A DNA stretch of 64,000 nt from a virus. Lineage: Duplodnaviria; Caudoviricetes. The DNA lies in IMG/VR virus record IMGVR_UViG_3300047539_000055. One strand, 5' to 3'. Below are positions 19,653 through 30,687 of the stretch, in pieces (the stretch's first letter is position 1; each line of letters begins with the position of its first letter). The position numbers were made by a program, and so were the translations under genes. The notes beneath the pieces are model-generated. The model ran no database searches. It saw only the letters and a list, made by a program, of their open reading frames with translations, and was not told the DNA's origin.

Positions 19653-22238
19653 TTGAACGCAACTATTGCCATAAATATTCGTCCTCATCAAGTCACAACT
19701 TTTCAAGATTCATTCAGCCAAGAAGTATGGAGAACAACTTATAAGGATCACAAAGATAACGATATCAACGATACTTTTTGGCGAGTAGCAACTGCCATAG
19801 CGAGTGTTGAAATTACAGAAGACCTTCGACAAAAGTGGGCAAACAATTTTTATGAAATGATGACTTCATTTCGTGTTGTTCCCGGCGGTAGAATCGTTGC
19901 CAATGCCGGAACAGATTTCAAAGGGACTTCCCTAATCAATTGTTTTGTTTCACCATCACCGATACACGATGCAGATAGCATGGTTGGAATTCTTGAAACT
20001 CTAAGAGCGCAAACGTTAACATTGAAAAGTGAAGGTGGCTGGGGACATAATTTTTCAGTTCTTAGACCGCGAGGAGCATTCATTAATGGTATTGGTGTTG
20101 AGACTCCTGGTTCAGTTAAATTCATGGAGTTATTTGATAAGAGTAGTGAAATTATTACGGCCGGTTCTGGTACAAAAAGCCTGAACAAAAAAGCAAAGGG
20201 TAAGATTCGTAAGGGCGCAATGATGGGTGTTTTGGACGTATGGCACCCGGATATTATTGAATTCATCACAGCAAAGCAAACGAGTAATCGGCTTCAAAAA
20301 TTCAATGTCAGTGTAAATTGCGTTGATGAATTTATGGAGCAAGTTCTGAAAGTTTATGATCTGAAGAAAAAAGGATTACAAAGTGAAGCAGAGCAGATTA
20401 CTTGGGATTTGATCTTTCCAGAACCCACACACGCCAAATATAAAAAAGAATGGAAGGGTGATATTCGGGATTGGAAAGCAAAAGGCTATCCGATTCATAT
20501 TTACAAAACTGTCAAAGTTGAGTGGCTTTGGAATCTGATTACGCAAAGCACATATAATCGTAACGAGCCTGGTGTTCTATTTTTAGATCGGGCGAACAAG
20601 TTCAATCAACTCAATTACGCCGAAAAAATTGTATCCACAAACCCTTGTGGTGAACAACAATTATCTCATGCAAATGTTTGTTGTCTTGCAACTCTCAATC
20701 TCACACAATTTATCAATGTTGACCATACTGGTTTTGATCATGTAAAGATTAGAAAGTATACGAAGTATATGGTGAGATTTCTTGATAATGTTGATACCTA
20801 CAGTGATGCTCCGCTTCCAGAATATGTTGAATCAATGCGTAAGAAGAGACGCATTGGTTGTGGACTTATGGGATGGGGAAGCGCGTTGTATATGCTGAAG
20901 GTTCGCTTTGGTTCTAAGGAAGCCGCCGAACTTCGCAATGAATTATTGAAGACTTTTACACACGCTGGAGTTGAAGCATCATTGGATTTGGCCGACGAAA
21001 AGGGCATGTTTGAATTGTGTGAGCCTGAGAAGCATGTATTGAGTCCTTATTGGGACAATATTGATTTGCCAATAGCCCTTCGTAACAGAATGCGTAAAAA
21101 TGGTATTCGTAACAGTTCATTATTTTCAATGCAACCCAATGGTAATTCAAGTATCTTTGCCAACATATTAACTGGTGGTATTGAACCTGTATTCCTGCAA
21201 GATTATACACGCACTGTTATTGTTGGGGAGATGCCAGAACACATCAAGGATGTAACGCCACTTTGGTATCAAGGTGAATGGCATGAAACATCTATGTTTA
21301 AGTTTGTTCAAGAAGGTGATGAACAAATTCTTCGTGGTGTGGATAAGAATGGTACGGTTTATAAGATTGACAAAAATCGTGGACTTACCAAGGAAGTAAC
21401 TTGCCAGGATTATGGTGTTCGTTATCTAATCAATCTTGGAGAGTGGAATCCAAAAGCAAAGTGGGCTGTAACAACTGATGATATATCTGTGGCAGATCAT
21501 ATTTCTGATTTGAAAGGATTTGCCAAGGCAGTTGATAGTGCTTGTTCAAAGACTGTCAACCTGCCAAACGATTATAATTTTGAAGATTTTCAAAACATCT
21601 ATTTGGATGCTTACAAGACCGGCTTTATCAAAGGATTGACCACTTTTAGAGCTGGAACAATGACTACGGTTTTGTCAGCGACAGATCAAAAAACGGATTT
21701 GGATGAAGAAATTATTTTGGCAGATGTAAAAGTTCCAGATAATGGAATTGCGGAAGTAAAGGTATTACGTGATCATGAAGGTGGAAGTAGTCGTAAATGG
21801 TATGTAACAGTTATGTTGAACGAAAATAAAGCACCAATTGCATTATTTGTGCAAACGAATGCTATGGAAAAAACAGTTACAACAAATGATGCAATTGATA
21901 GGCTTTTAACTCTTGCTCATAGGAAAGGCATTCCTGAAAAATTTGTGACGGGGGTTGAACATAAGTTTATTGGAGATAATAATAGTACTAAAATTGCAAG
22001 AGCAATTGGCTTGTTATTACGTCATGGAGTTCGTATTAAAAATATAGTTGCAGAAATTGATAAAATAGAAGGAATAACTTTTTCAAGCTTTCTTTTTCAT
22101 ATAAAGAAATTGCTTTCGAGTTATGTTAAGGACGGAGAAAAACTGGTTGGTGTCAAATGCATTGAATGTGATGGTCAATTGGTTTATGAATCTGGTTGTC
22201 AAAAATGCATAAATTGTGGTAACAGTAAATGTGGATAA
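19653..22238 (+). CDS. nrdJ: Ribonucleotide reductase, probably class II (adenosylcobalamin-dependent) with C-terminal Zn ribbon
   Basis: PGGRI..AG, NCFV, GGWG.NFS.LRP.G, EPGVLF, TNPCGEQ, RRIGCG, SKTVN, terminal CxxC..CxxCG; no small subunit in window. Confidence 0.8.
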   Translation: MNATIAINIRPHQVTTFQDSFSQEVWRTTYKDHKDNDINDTFWRVATAIASVEITEDLRQKWANNFYEMMTSFRVVPGGRIVANAGTDFKGTSLINCFVSPSPIHDADSMVGILETLRAQTLTLKSEGGWGHNFSVLRPRGAFINGIGVETPGSVKFMELFDKSSEIITAGSGTKSLNKKAKGKIRKGAMMGVLDVWHPDIIEFITAKQTSNRLQKFNVSVNCVDEFMEQVLKVYDLKKKGLQSEAEQITWDLIFPEPTHAKYKKEWKGDIRDWKAKGYPIHIYKTVKVEWLWNLITQSTYNRNEPGVLFLDRANKFNQLNYAEKIVSTNPCGEQQLSHANVCCLATLNLTQFINVDHTGFDHVKIRKYTKYMVRFLDNVDTYSDAPLPEYVESMRKKRRIGCGLMGWGSALYMLKVRFGSKEAAELRNELLKTFTHAGVEASLDLADEKGMFELCEPEKHVLSPYWDNIDLPIALRNRMRKNGIRNSSLFSMQPNGNSSIFANILTGGIEPVFLQDYTRTVIVGEMPEHIKDVTPLWYQGEWHETSMFKFVQEGDEQILRGVDKNGTVYKIDKNRGLTKEVTCQDYGVRYLINLGEWNPKAKWAVTTDDISVADHISDLKGFAKAVDSACSKTVNLPNDYNFEDFQNIYLDAYKTGFIKGLTTFRAGTMTTVLSATDQKTDLDEEIILADVKVPDNGIAEVKVLRDHEGGSSRKWYVTVMLNENKAPIALFVQTNAMEKTVTTNDAIDRLLTLAHRKGIPEKFVTGVEHKFIGDNNSTKIARAIGLLLRHGVRIKNIVAEIDKIEGITFSSFLFHIKKLLSSYVKDGEKLVGVKCIECDGQLVYESGCQKCINCGNSKCG

Positions 22239-22250
22239 AAAGAGTCTTAC

Positions 22251-23147
22251 TTATGGATTTATTCTTTTTCTTTTAGGATTTTTGATGAATCCTCTGACGA
22301 ATCCAATGCTTTCATAATATGGCAATTCATTTCTAACAATTTTTTTCTTTTCTCGTGTAATTAAATTGAAAATTCCGATTCTACCCTTATTTGGAATTTT
22401 AGATGTTTCGATGCGATTCCAATCTTTTGAACGTCTTCCACGTAAATAACCTCGTTGAAGATAATCATTAAGTTCAGTGGGTAAAATTCTTTTTTCTAAA
22501 TTTAGTTTTCTATGGAATACTGTTATGGTTTGTGAAATTGTAATAGACCTTTTTAAATTTGCTTCATTTGTCTGTTGTTTTGTACCTTTGCTTAGTACAT
22601 ATCCCATTGCCAAAAATTTACTGAAATTATTCGGATGAATACGGCGTTCTTGTAAAGTTGTTGGATTAATCAAATATACATATTCATGTTGACGAATTGC
22701 TTGTGCTAACTTGCTGGCTTCTGTTCTTTTTAAACCAAACGCAGGATTATTTTTACCTATATTGGCTTCATAAGCACACAGTTTTACATATTCATATTGT
22801 TTAGATCGTAAAATCCTAATAGGAGTTCTTTTAGATTTTGCAAAACATTGAATTGCCCATCTACACTGTTTATAAAATATTGATCCTTTTGAAAACATTT
22901 TGGTTAATAATTTATGGCATATAAAATGTTCTCTTCCTGTTAGATATACATAATTTAATAAATCTTTTTCACCACCCAAGGCAAATGATTTTGGAAGAAT
23001 ATGATGCTTTTCAGTATATCCACAAATCAGATTTGCGTCCTTTTTATTTGTAGCGCGGATTTTCGCTCTAGCACAAATGGCTAGATATGTATTTGTATAT
23101 TTTGGTTTGGGATTCAATGATAAAAGTGTGGTAATATAAATATTCAT
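22251..23147 (-). CDS. Free-standing HNH homing endonuclease (MobE-like), downstream of RNR
   Basis: EKHHILPKS..GG...LTGREHFICHKLL; NUMOD-like C-terminal repeats; likely ATG 23147 after GGAGG. Confidence 0.85.
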   Translation of the reverse strand: MNIYITTLLSLNPKPKYTNTYLAICARAKIRATNKKDANLICGYTEKHHILPKSFALGGEKDLLNYVYLTGREHFICHKLLTKMFSKGSIFYKQCRWAIQCFAKSKRTPIRILRSKQYEYVKLCAYEANIGKNNPAFGLKRTEASKLAQAIRQHEYVYLINPTTLQERRIHPNNFSKFLAMGYVLSKGTKQQTNEANLKRSITISQTITVFHRKLNLEKRILPTELNDYLQRGYLRGRRSKDWNRIETSKIPNKGRIGIFNLITREKKKIVRNELPYYESIGFVRGFIKNPKRKRINP

Positions 23148-23214
23148 ATGCTGTTGCCTCCCTTGGCGATAGGGCAGTTGGGTCTTCATACCGCGAACTG
23201 CAATAGTATTTATA
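23135..23214 (+). ncRNA. Endonuclease-associated two-hairpin element, copy 1
   Basis: TAAATA..CTGTTGCC-TCCCTT-GGCGATAG-G-GCAGTT-G-GGT-loop-ACC-GCG-AACTGC..TATTTA. Confidence 0.75.
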
Positions 23215-23222
23215 CAAATAAT

Positions 23223-23549
23223 TTATCTTGCCAGCATATAAATCATTACATACGCGGTATCAACCAAGGTGCATTGATCTGGTTTTCTATACACTTTTTT
23301 GTTAGCAACATCAGCCTTGCAATTTTGCTCTTTCCAAGTTCTTTCCAGAACCAATTGGTCTGTTCGTTGAATTGTTCTGCGCGTTTTATTTGCTCCGAGT
23401 CGCGGTCCTTGTTCTCGTATTTCAATGACGCGAAATAATTCAATATTACCACGATCCCATGGCGCGGTTACATAATCATCAACTTTTATTTCTCTACCGA
23501 TAAAATCAACTACCATTGTGATTCCTTTCTTGGTTGAGCGTATAACCAT
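23223..23549 (-). CDS. Hypothetical small protein (DFIGREIKVDDYV), related to 25473 and 53247 ORFs
   Basis: Shared D..G..(I/L).V.D(Y/W)V start; minus-strand TTGACA-N17-TATAAT near 23748. Confidence 0.55.
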   Translation of the reverse strand: MVIRSTKKGITMVVDFIGREIKVDDYVTAPWDRGNIELFRVIEIREQGPRLGANKTRRTIQRTDQLVLERTWKEQNCKADVANKKVYRKPDQCTLVDTAYVMIYMLAR

Positions 23550-23786
23550 GATGTAGTTGAATCACACCAACATGGTTGTAATTTTTTATTTTCGTGAATC
23601 CAATTTGAATAGTCACCTGCATGAAATATAAATATTCGTTTTCCACAATTTTTGCAGAGAACTATCATGCCGAGTTTTTCGGCCATCAATTCGGTGTCAG
23701 GTATTTCAATCACATTTTCATTATATAAGAATTTAGTCCAGTTGTCAAGTTTTCTAAGTTATAGAAAACAAAGAAGTTATATTTTC

Positions 23787-23815
23787 TTGACTTTTATTCG
23801 GTAATTTGGTATACT
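23787..23815 (+). promoter_or_regulatory. sigma70-like early promoter
   Basis: TTGACT-N17-TATACT. Confidence 0.75.
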
Positions 23816-23838
23816 ATATTTGTGGTTGAGGAAAACAA

Positions 23839-24159
23839 ATGACTGAGTTGACTCGCGAAGGAATTGTTGAGTTGCTGAAAAAGAGTGACAAGGCGGTTTG
23901 CCGCGCTCTTTTGGTTATCAATTCTAATCAGACCGCAGATGAGCAAATTTCCGAAACAACTACACATCTTAATGGGCGTGGTTTTCGCCCATTTCACGCC
24001 GCTATCGGCACTTCAATGGCAAATTTCTATCAGCGCAATTCGTATCTCACGCCAAAGCAGATTGCATATTGGCGCAAGACTGATTGCAAAGGAAACATGA
24101 ATATTGGATTGTATTGGAAACAGTTGGTGGAAGCTGCAAAGCAGAAAGCGAGTGTATAA
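23839..24159 (+). CDS. Phage hypothetical protein
   Basis: RBS GAGG; first gene after promoter. Confidence 0.7.
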   Translation: MTELTREGIVELLKKSDKAVCRALLVINSNQTADEQISETTTHLNGRGFRPFHAAIGTSMANFYQRNSYLTPKQIAYWRKTDCKGNMNIGLYWKQLVEAAKQKASV

Positions 24160-24863
24160 TGAACGTTGAATTTCCGTCTATTGTCAATACTGAAAAGTAT
24201 TTGTTTGTTTTTGATTCCGAGCAATATGGAAGTTCGTCCACTGCCCCTGTGTTGCAGAATTTTTTGGTGAAGATTCGCTGTGGGGATGGATGGGGTTTTT
24301 CTTCACCGATTGCTATGCCTTTGGTTGGCGAATATCTCGCGTCATTGGCTACAGTGATGTTGGAAAACGATGAACTGTGTAAGGCATTGTATTACACACT
24401 CAATTGCAGATTCAGTGACGAAGATATAACTTTCGCAAGCAAAGTCGTGTATGGCAAAAAGAAGAAATACTATTCACGACATTTTTCTCGCGTTTCAACT
24501 GTATCTATGAAACAATACGATACACGCTGGAAAGAAGTAAACGAGTATATGGATGGTTCTCCAAATAGCATCATAAATATTTTGACGGGTGATTATCCCC
24601 GCTCGACTTTGGAACAGTATTTTTTGGCCGAAAAGGTTCGTACTTGGCTGTTTGCAGATCGTAAGCGTTCGCGTAAGTTTAGTATGGATGGTGCAGCCGA
24701 ATATGTAGGTTGGACACATAATTTTACACAAGAACGGGCAATTGAAAAAGCAATGTCAGCTTGTAAGTCGGCATTGACAATTTACAGAGAGAAGCTGGCC
24801 TTCAAGGAACATCTTGAAGATTTTACCAGAAACGCAATGGTAGTCAAACTGGAACAGGAATAA
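24159..24863 (+). CDS. Hypothetical protein ending in AMVVKLEQE
   Basis: TAATG coupling to upstream gene. Confidence 0.65.
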   Translation: MNVEFPSIVNTEKYLFVFDSEQYGSSSTAPVLQNFLVKIRCGDGWGFSSPIAMPLVGEYLASLATVMLENDELCKALYYTLNCRFSDEDITFASKVVYGKKKKYYSRHFSRVSTVSMKQYDTRWKEVNEYMDGSPNSIINILTGDYPRSTLEQYFLAEKVRTWLFADRKRSRKFSMDGAAEYVGWTHNFTQERAIEKAMSACKSALTIYREKLAFKEHLEDFTRNAMVVKLEQE

Positions 24864-25472
24864 GAAAGAGGAAAATGATATGATGGGAGCATCTGGTTAC
24901 AAGGCAAAGAAGGATTTGAAGGCGAGTGTTGGAAAGCCTTTGGGTTATGTTGAAACTTCACTGTTTGGCACTGAGTATAAGCCAAATGGAAAATTCTGTG
25001 TGGTTGGCCCCGATGCGTATAATGATCGGCGCTGGTATGCAGAAGTCACAATGGAAAATGGGTTGATAAAAAAAGTTACCTAATGAAAAATTGGCCTACT
25101 TTAAAGGCGGTCTTAGGAGCATTGGCAATAGCGTTTATAATACTATTGCCAATGATCCATTTGTTGACCATTCCAGCAATGCCGTGGATATTGGTTTTCA
25201 AAATTGATGGTATTGGTTGTGGCGCTATGGCTCCAATTCTTATTATATTTGGTTGGATGCAAGATCGCGAATATCGCAGACACATTGGACGAGAGATGCT
25301 TAGAAAGTTTGAGTCTTAGATAAACCATTCCCCAATATATTTTGAGGGATAGTAATAGGCATTGCGTTGCTTTGGCAATAGATTCATGGCAAAGCATAGA
25401 CCAATTGTGGCGAAGCCAACAAGAAACGCGAATTTTGCTGAAGTGTTCATAAGGGTATTTATCGGAGAACTG

Positions 25473-27171
25473 ATGATTGATATGTTTGGTAAAGAATTGG
25501 AGATTGGCGATTATGTTATGTATTACGAACGAGTGCCATATACGAATCCAAGAAGAAAATTTTTGGCAGTAATCAGCAAGTATGCATATGAAAGCGATTA
25601 TACTGCATTGATCAGTTTTTATCCAACACGGCAGAGTGCCAATTTAGCTGTAAAATCTTCGGAAATTGAAAAATTATTGCCCGAACAAGCGATGTTATTG
25701 ATGTTGGAGTATGTATGAAAACCAAATGGATTCCAAAAATCGGTGATTATGTTTGGTTTAATTTTAAAGCCACTCCAAAATATTGGCTTGGATGGGTCGG
25801 AGATATTTATTATGGAAACAATGTAAAATTTGTATATCATTGGGAAGGTCATATACAAGATAAGCAAGCACCTCTGTTGTATCTATCACCAGCCACAAAA
25901 GAGGAAGTTGTATTGTGGATGTTGGAGAACGTATGAAAACCAAATGGATTCCAAAAGTTGGCGATTATGTTTTCTATAATTTTCCTGGGGATACGCCACA
26001 TATTGGAGGAAGCGTTCCTTTGGAAGTTGGAGCATTGATGAGAGACAAAAACGGAGTGGAAATTACCGAAGGTTCTTTAGTATTGTTTGAAACATTTATG
26101 GATAATGATGAACGCTGGATTTCAAAAATAATCTGTTTTGATAAGGGAAAGTATTATTCCAAAGAAGGTTATCCTGAAGATTATGATGTAGTAGTAATGT
26201 GGGAGAATTGGCGAAGACTGCCATCCAACGTGGAAGTTGTTACCGAAGATAAAGCGTTGTTACTGGCGTTTGAAGACAGCCGAGTGAGGTTGAAATTTTG
26301 AAGAAAAATGACGCTACAGTAATGATTGATAAAAATGGCAGACGAGTCTATAAAAATAGTTTGGCTAAATATCACGCCGCTATATATGATGAAAATGGTG
26401 CGCTTAATATTCCTCAAATTTGGATTTCTCATATTCCAAAATATATCATATGATCGTGGTAAGGGTTCGGAGATTACTTTGCGTATGTATGATGATTGGA
26501 TGAAAAATCCATATGAAATTGAAGTAATTGACGACACTCCAGAAAGTATAATGTTGGCAATATTTGAAGGCGCGATTTTGAAAGGATATAAATGAAAGTT
26601 AAATATCACAAAATTCATAAAATGAAGATGCAGGATAAAAATGGCAAACGGATTTATGAAAAAAGTTTTGTCAAGTATGCGACAGGCTGGGGTGCGATAG
26701 GCTCAAGTTTTAACGCAGCGCAAATATCTCGTATTGAAGAAACTACATTTCAAATTAAATTTTCTTTCAATGGTGGTAGATGGAATAAAAATCCTTATGA
26801 GGTTGAAGTAATTACAAAAGGAGAAGCGGTTTTATTAATGTTTGAAAGGTGATGTCATGGAAGAATGGACTTTAAAAGACAATTTTACACGAATGATTGA
26901 CAAAAATGGAAAGACGATCCATGAAGATAGTTTGATGAAATATCTTGCGTATCCTTTGCCTCTAAACGAGACAGGCAACATGCCACAAACTTTTTGTATT
27001 GCCAGAGCGTCAGATATTCTACACTATCACACATCAATTGTGTTTGTTTTTGATAATATGTGGCACAAGAATCCATGTGAGGTTGAAGTTGTAACAGAAG
27101 ACGAAGCAATATTGGAAGCGTTCAAGGGCAACGTAAGGTTAAAATTTGAAAGGAAAACAAAATGTATATAG
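25473..27171 (+). repeat. Array of small paralogous ORFs with YopX-like DKNGxxI motif and NPxE(V/I)EV..EA.L..FE end
   Basis: ORFs at 25473, 25715, 25934, 26322 (frameshifted), 26592, 26842. Confidence 0.7.
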
Positions 27172-27252
27172 TTGAAAACAAACGACTTGTTTTATTTGAC
27201 TTTTTGGTTTGAATTTGGTATACTATACTTGTACTCAAGAAAGGGAAACCCT

Positions 27253-27708
27253 ATGACAGATGATAGAATTTATGTAATCGTTCCAGAAACAGTTCAGGTA
27301 ACCATTCCTGGCAAGTGGGATTTTCCAAATGGAGTCAATGCACCTGCCGAGCAGTTGCCTGACACCGTGGAATCATATTCACTGGTGCCTGGTAGACTTA
27401 TTGCGCAAGGCGTTCATATTGGTCGCAAGATCGGTGCTTGGTTGGCTCAGCGTGAGATTCCTTATGAAGATGTTACTACCATTGTGTTGAGTGTTCGCAA
27501 CACAAAGGAACTGCGTAAGGTTTCCACTGAAATGTCAGTTGCGCTTTCGCTCCATGCACTCAATGTTGGTTATCAGGAATTTCACGATACCAATCTTGAG
27601 TTCTATGGAACTGATGCGACTGTACATACTATTACCGCTGTCGGCCCACTGTCTCCAGAAGTTCGGGAGAAGCTTGAAGATTCCATGGGTCATTTGGAGT
27701 TATACTAA
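27253..27708 (+). CDS. Peptidyl-tRNA hydrolase type 2 (Pth2)-like protein
   Basis: YVIV, GRLIAQGVH, TIVLSV, D, T.TAVGP pattern; follows early promoter 27196-27224. Confidence 0.6.
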   Translation: MTDDRIYVIVPETVQVTIPGKWDFPNGVNAPAEQLPDTVESYSLVPGRLIAQGVHIGRKIGAWLAQREIPYEDVTTIVLSVRNTKELRKVSTEMSVALSLHALNVGYQEFHDTNLEFYGTDATVHTITAVGPLSPEVREKLEDSMGHLELY

Positions 27709-28056
27709 TGACCAGTACAAAAGATGAGCGAGTAGCGAAGGCAAAGGTATTTTTGCATACTTTGGTTGGTGACCAGTTGAGTTATCGAGCAGTGTATTAT
27801 AGAAGACCGTCAACTTTGCCAAAAAATTATAATTATCTTATGTCTGAATGGAATATCATAAACGATGTAATAATACGGATTCATGAAAAGAAAGATGTTT
27901 CCATTCAACTTTTATTTGCAATGGAAGAAATGGAAAATAAATATCGCGATCCGTTGATGCTTGCAAAGTTGATGAACTAAATATGCATTAAAATTTCCTT
28001 GTTATTTTTGTAAAGATGCGTTACACTATAAATAGACCATATCTATAGGAGCATCT

Positions 28057-28611
28057 ATGAATAAAGCATTTCTTATTTTACTTTTGATATTTGGGTTTGG
28101 TAGTGTCAAATTATTCGCACAAATTGATAAGCCAACAACAGCAGTAAAATCAACAATACCAGTTACAGCGAAATCAGCAAATCCAACACTCCAATCAAAA
28201 GTACCACAATTGCCAGCGGGAAAACACCTTACACCAAAAGTTATTCAATTTGGCGGATCAACAATTCCGGGAGACTCGGCGGTTCTTGCAAATTTGACAC
28301 AGAGAAATTTATTGGATACAACATACAATAGCGATGTGAAAAATTTGAATGATGCTTGTCAAGCGACATTTGGTAAACTTCAACAAGATTTTCTGCCCAA
28401 GGATTTAAATTATCAAAACGCTATTCAAAAATCGTTTGAACAACTAAAGAAAGAAAATGGTTGGGGCGAAGATGTGATTATGGTTAGCGGTGCAGATAAT
28501 GTAATTACCTATATCAAATTATCACCTGAAGCCTTCAAAGCAATGCAGGATGCTGGCAAAAAAGGACCGGAAAAAGTCAAACCAGAAGTTAAGCCAGCAC
28601 TCCAGCCATGA
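28057..28611 (+). CDS. Secreted hypothetical protein, late
   Basis: Signal peptide ending LFA; TATAAATA and AGGAG upstream. Confidence 0.6.
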   Translation: MNKAFLILLLIFGFGSVKLFAQIDKPTTAVKSTIPVTAKSANPTLQSKVPQLPAGKHLTPKVIQFGGSTIPGDSAVLANLTQRNLLDTTYNSDVKNLNDACQATFGKLQQDFLPKDLNYQNAIQKSFEQLKKENGWGEDVIMVSGADNVITYIKLSPEAFKAMQDAGKKGPEKVKPEVKPALQP

Positions 28612-28815
28612 ATATTCCAGCAGATTTACAAGTAATGTACGATCATTACCTTGATTTGACAGCCAAAAACGGTGAACGAGCGCCAGTGTCTCAAGAGATA
28701 GCCGATCTTATTTTGACGTTGATTGAAAGAATCGCTGAATTGGAAACAGATAGTAAAAACCTAAATTCGTATATTCATTTTGAATGTAGGAGAAACCAAG
28801 CGAAGGAGAATTAAA

Positions 28816-29475
28816 ATGGCATATCTTTTGCCCGATCTTCCATATGCATATAATGCATTGGAACCGCATATTGATGAAGAAACAATGAGATTGCATCATG
28901 ATAAACATCATCAAAATTATGTGGATAAATTGAATGAGGCACTCAAGGATTATCCAAAGTATCAAAAGTATCCAGTTGAAGTCTTGGTTACAAATTGGAA
29001 AAAATTACCGAAGGCAATTCAAGAGGCAGTTCGTAACCAGGGCGGCGGTCATGCAAATCATACTATGTTCTGGACAATTATGAAGAGTGGCGGCGGTAAT
29101 CCAACAGGAGAATTAGCAATACAAATCAATAAAGATTTTGGATCGTTTGACAAATTCCAGAAAAAATTCAATGAAGCAGGAACAAAGTTTTTTGGCTCTG
29201 GTTGGGTTTGGCTTGTGTTTGTCGGAAACAAATTGAGAATTGTTACACTGTCAAATCAGGATAGTCCGTTGACAAATGGTGATTTTCCAATTATGGGAAA
29301 TGATCTTTTTGAACATGCGTATTATTTGAAGTATCATAACAAGCGCGACGAGTATTTGGATGCGTGGTGGAATGTTTTGAATTGGGAGGCTGTAGGGCGT
29401 AGGTATCAGCAAGCAAAGGTAATTGCGGTCAAAAAGCCGATCAAAAATGTCGTTCAAAAACAATTTGGAATTTAG
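28816..29475 (+). CDS. sodA: Fe/Mn superoxide dismutase
   Basis: LPYAYNALEPHID, HHDKHH, GGGHANH, FGSGW, NQD, DLFEHAYYL. Confidence 0.9.
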   Translation: MAYLLPDLPYAYNALEPHIDEETMRLHHDKHHQNYVDKLNEALKDYPKYQKYPVEVLVTNWKKLPKAIQEAVRNQGGGHANHTMFWTIMKSGGGNPTGELAIQINKDFGSFDKFQKKFNEAGTKFFGSGWVWLVFVGNKLRIVTLSNQDSPLTNGDFPIMGNDLFEHAYYLKYHNKRDEYLDAWWNVLNWEAVGRRYQQAKVIAVKKPIKNVVQKQFGI

Positions 29476-29596
29476 TGCTTGACAAAATTATAGTTTTGGT
29501 GTATGATAAAGAAGATGCTACAACTGGCTCAAAAACGATGTTTAGCGATGATACTTTTGATTTGTATCAAAAATATTTGAAATATGTGAATGGATA

Positions 29597-29926
29597 ATGT
29601 TTCTTTGGTTAGACGATATACGAAATCCCGCAGAACATGGCGCAATCGGGGCAGTATGGGCAAAAACCTATGAAGAGGCTATTTGTTTATTGGAAACAGA
29701 ACAGTTTACGGTAGTTTCTTTAGATCACGATCTTACAATGGCGCAAACCTTGGGTGATGGTGATAAAGAAAAAACTGGTTATGACGTGGTAACATGGATG
29801 GAAGAACACAATATTTGGCCCGAACGAGTTTTTGTTCATAGCGCAAATCCATCTGGAAGATATAGAATGTTTTTGGTTATTCAGAAGCATTATGGGAAAT
29901 TGTTTCAGCCACCATTTTATGTTTAA
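29597..29926 (+). CDS. Cyclic-phosphate-processing receiver-like domain protein
   Basis: LWLDDIRNP, SLDHDL, KTGYD, HSANP. Confidence 0.7.
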   Translation: MFLWLDDIRNPAEHGAIGAVWAKTYEEAICLLETEQFTVVSLDHDLTMAQTLGDGDKEKTGYDVVTWMEEHNIWPERVFVHSANPSGRYRMFLVIQKHYGKLFQPPFYV

Positions 29927-29927
29927 C

Positions 29928-29956
29928 TTGACAAATGAGAGGAAGACAGGTATAAT
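29928..29956 (+). promoter_or_regulatory. Perfect sigma70 consensus promoter
   Basis: TTGACA-N17-TATAAT. Confidence 0.85.
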
Positions 29957-29962
29957 TATCTT

Positions 29963-30108
29963 AGTAAATGTCCCAATTCATTTTTAATTGGGTGGAGATG
30001 GGGGTGTATCAATTCACACAATAATTGATTGGTGGAGAGGCTAGTGAGGAAACTCGTTATGTCCCCGTAAGATGGCTCTCAAAATTACTATTTGGGGGCC
30101 ATCTTTAT
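29963..30108 (+). ncRNA. Putative ~145 nt structured small RNA
   Basis: No tracked ORF except the upstream extension of 30119; several hairpins and a closing stem; long terminal hairpin plus T run; follows perfect promoter. Confidence 0.5.
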
Positions 30109-30118
30109 AAAAGGATTT

Positions 30119-30679
30119 ATGAAAATTGGAACTAAAAGTGTTTTAATTGGCGCACATTGTTTTTTCTTGCACCCGTTTTTCGTTGCAAGGGCGTGGACTC
30201 ACTTGTATGGTTATCCACTTGATCCAAGACTTTGGGCGTGTTTTTTCTTGCATGATTTTGGATACTGGGGTCAGCCGAATATGGACGGACCTGAAGGCGA
30301 GACACATCCAGAATTTGGTGCAAATATCATAAGATTTTTCTTTGGTGATAAATGGGGTGATTTTTGTATGCTTCATTCACGATATTTTGCAAAAAAGATG
30401 GATCGTCAACCATCAAAGTTATGTTTTGCAGACAAATTAAGTTTTGTTTATACTCCGAGATGGCTTTATTTACCAATGGTAACTTTTACCGGCGAAATTA
30501 ACGAGTATTTGCAGAATGGTCAGAAAAATGACAGTCCACATTGGACTCCAACAAATTTTGACAAGAAGAAATGGCATTCTCAGTTAAAGGCATATTTTAT
30601 TGCGTGGGTTGCCGAACATCAGAATGGAACTGAAGATACTTGGACTAAGAAAAGGCATATCAACATTTGCGCTAAATAG
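30119..30679 (+). CDS. HD-like domain hypothetical protein
   Basis: H...LHDFG...H...HSR...ADK pattern. Confidence 0.55.
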   Translation: MKIGTKSVLIGAHCFFLHPFFVARAWTHLYGYPLDPRLWACFFLHDFGYWGQPNMDGPEGETHPEFGANIIRFFFGDKWGDFCMLHSRYFAKKMDRQPSKLCFADKLSFVYTPRWLYLPMVTFTGEINEYLQNGQKNDSPHWTPTNFDKKKWHSQLKAYFIAWVAEHQNGTEDTWTKKRHINICAK

Positions 30680-30687
30680 ATTTACGT

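Noticed and set aside
19653-22238. Intein or intron in the RNR gene
   Set aside because: Frame is continuous with normal motif spacing; no intein splice motifs seen
23150-23206. HDV-like (theta) ribozyme reading of the endonuclease-associated element (UCC loop, GG, GCGAA)
   Set aside because: No P1 partner upstream, the would-be catalytic C is U in copy 3, and a simple two-hairpin fold explains all four copies; self-cleavage is still worth testing
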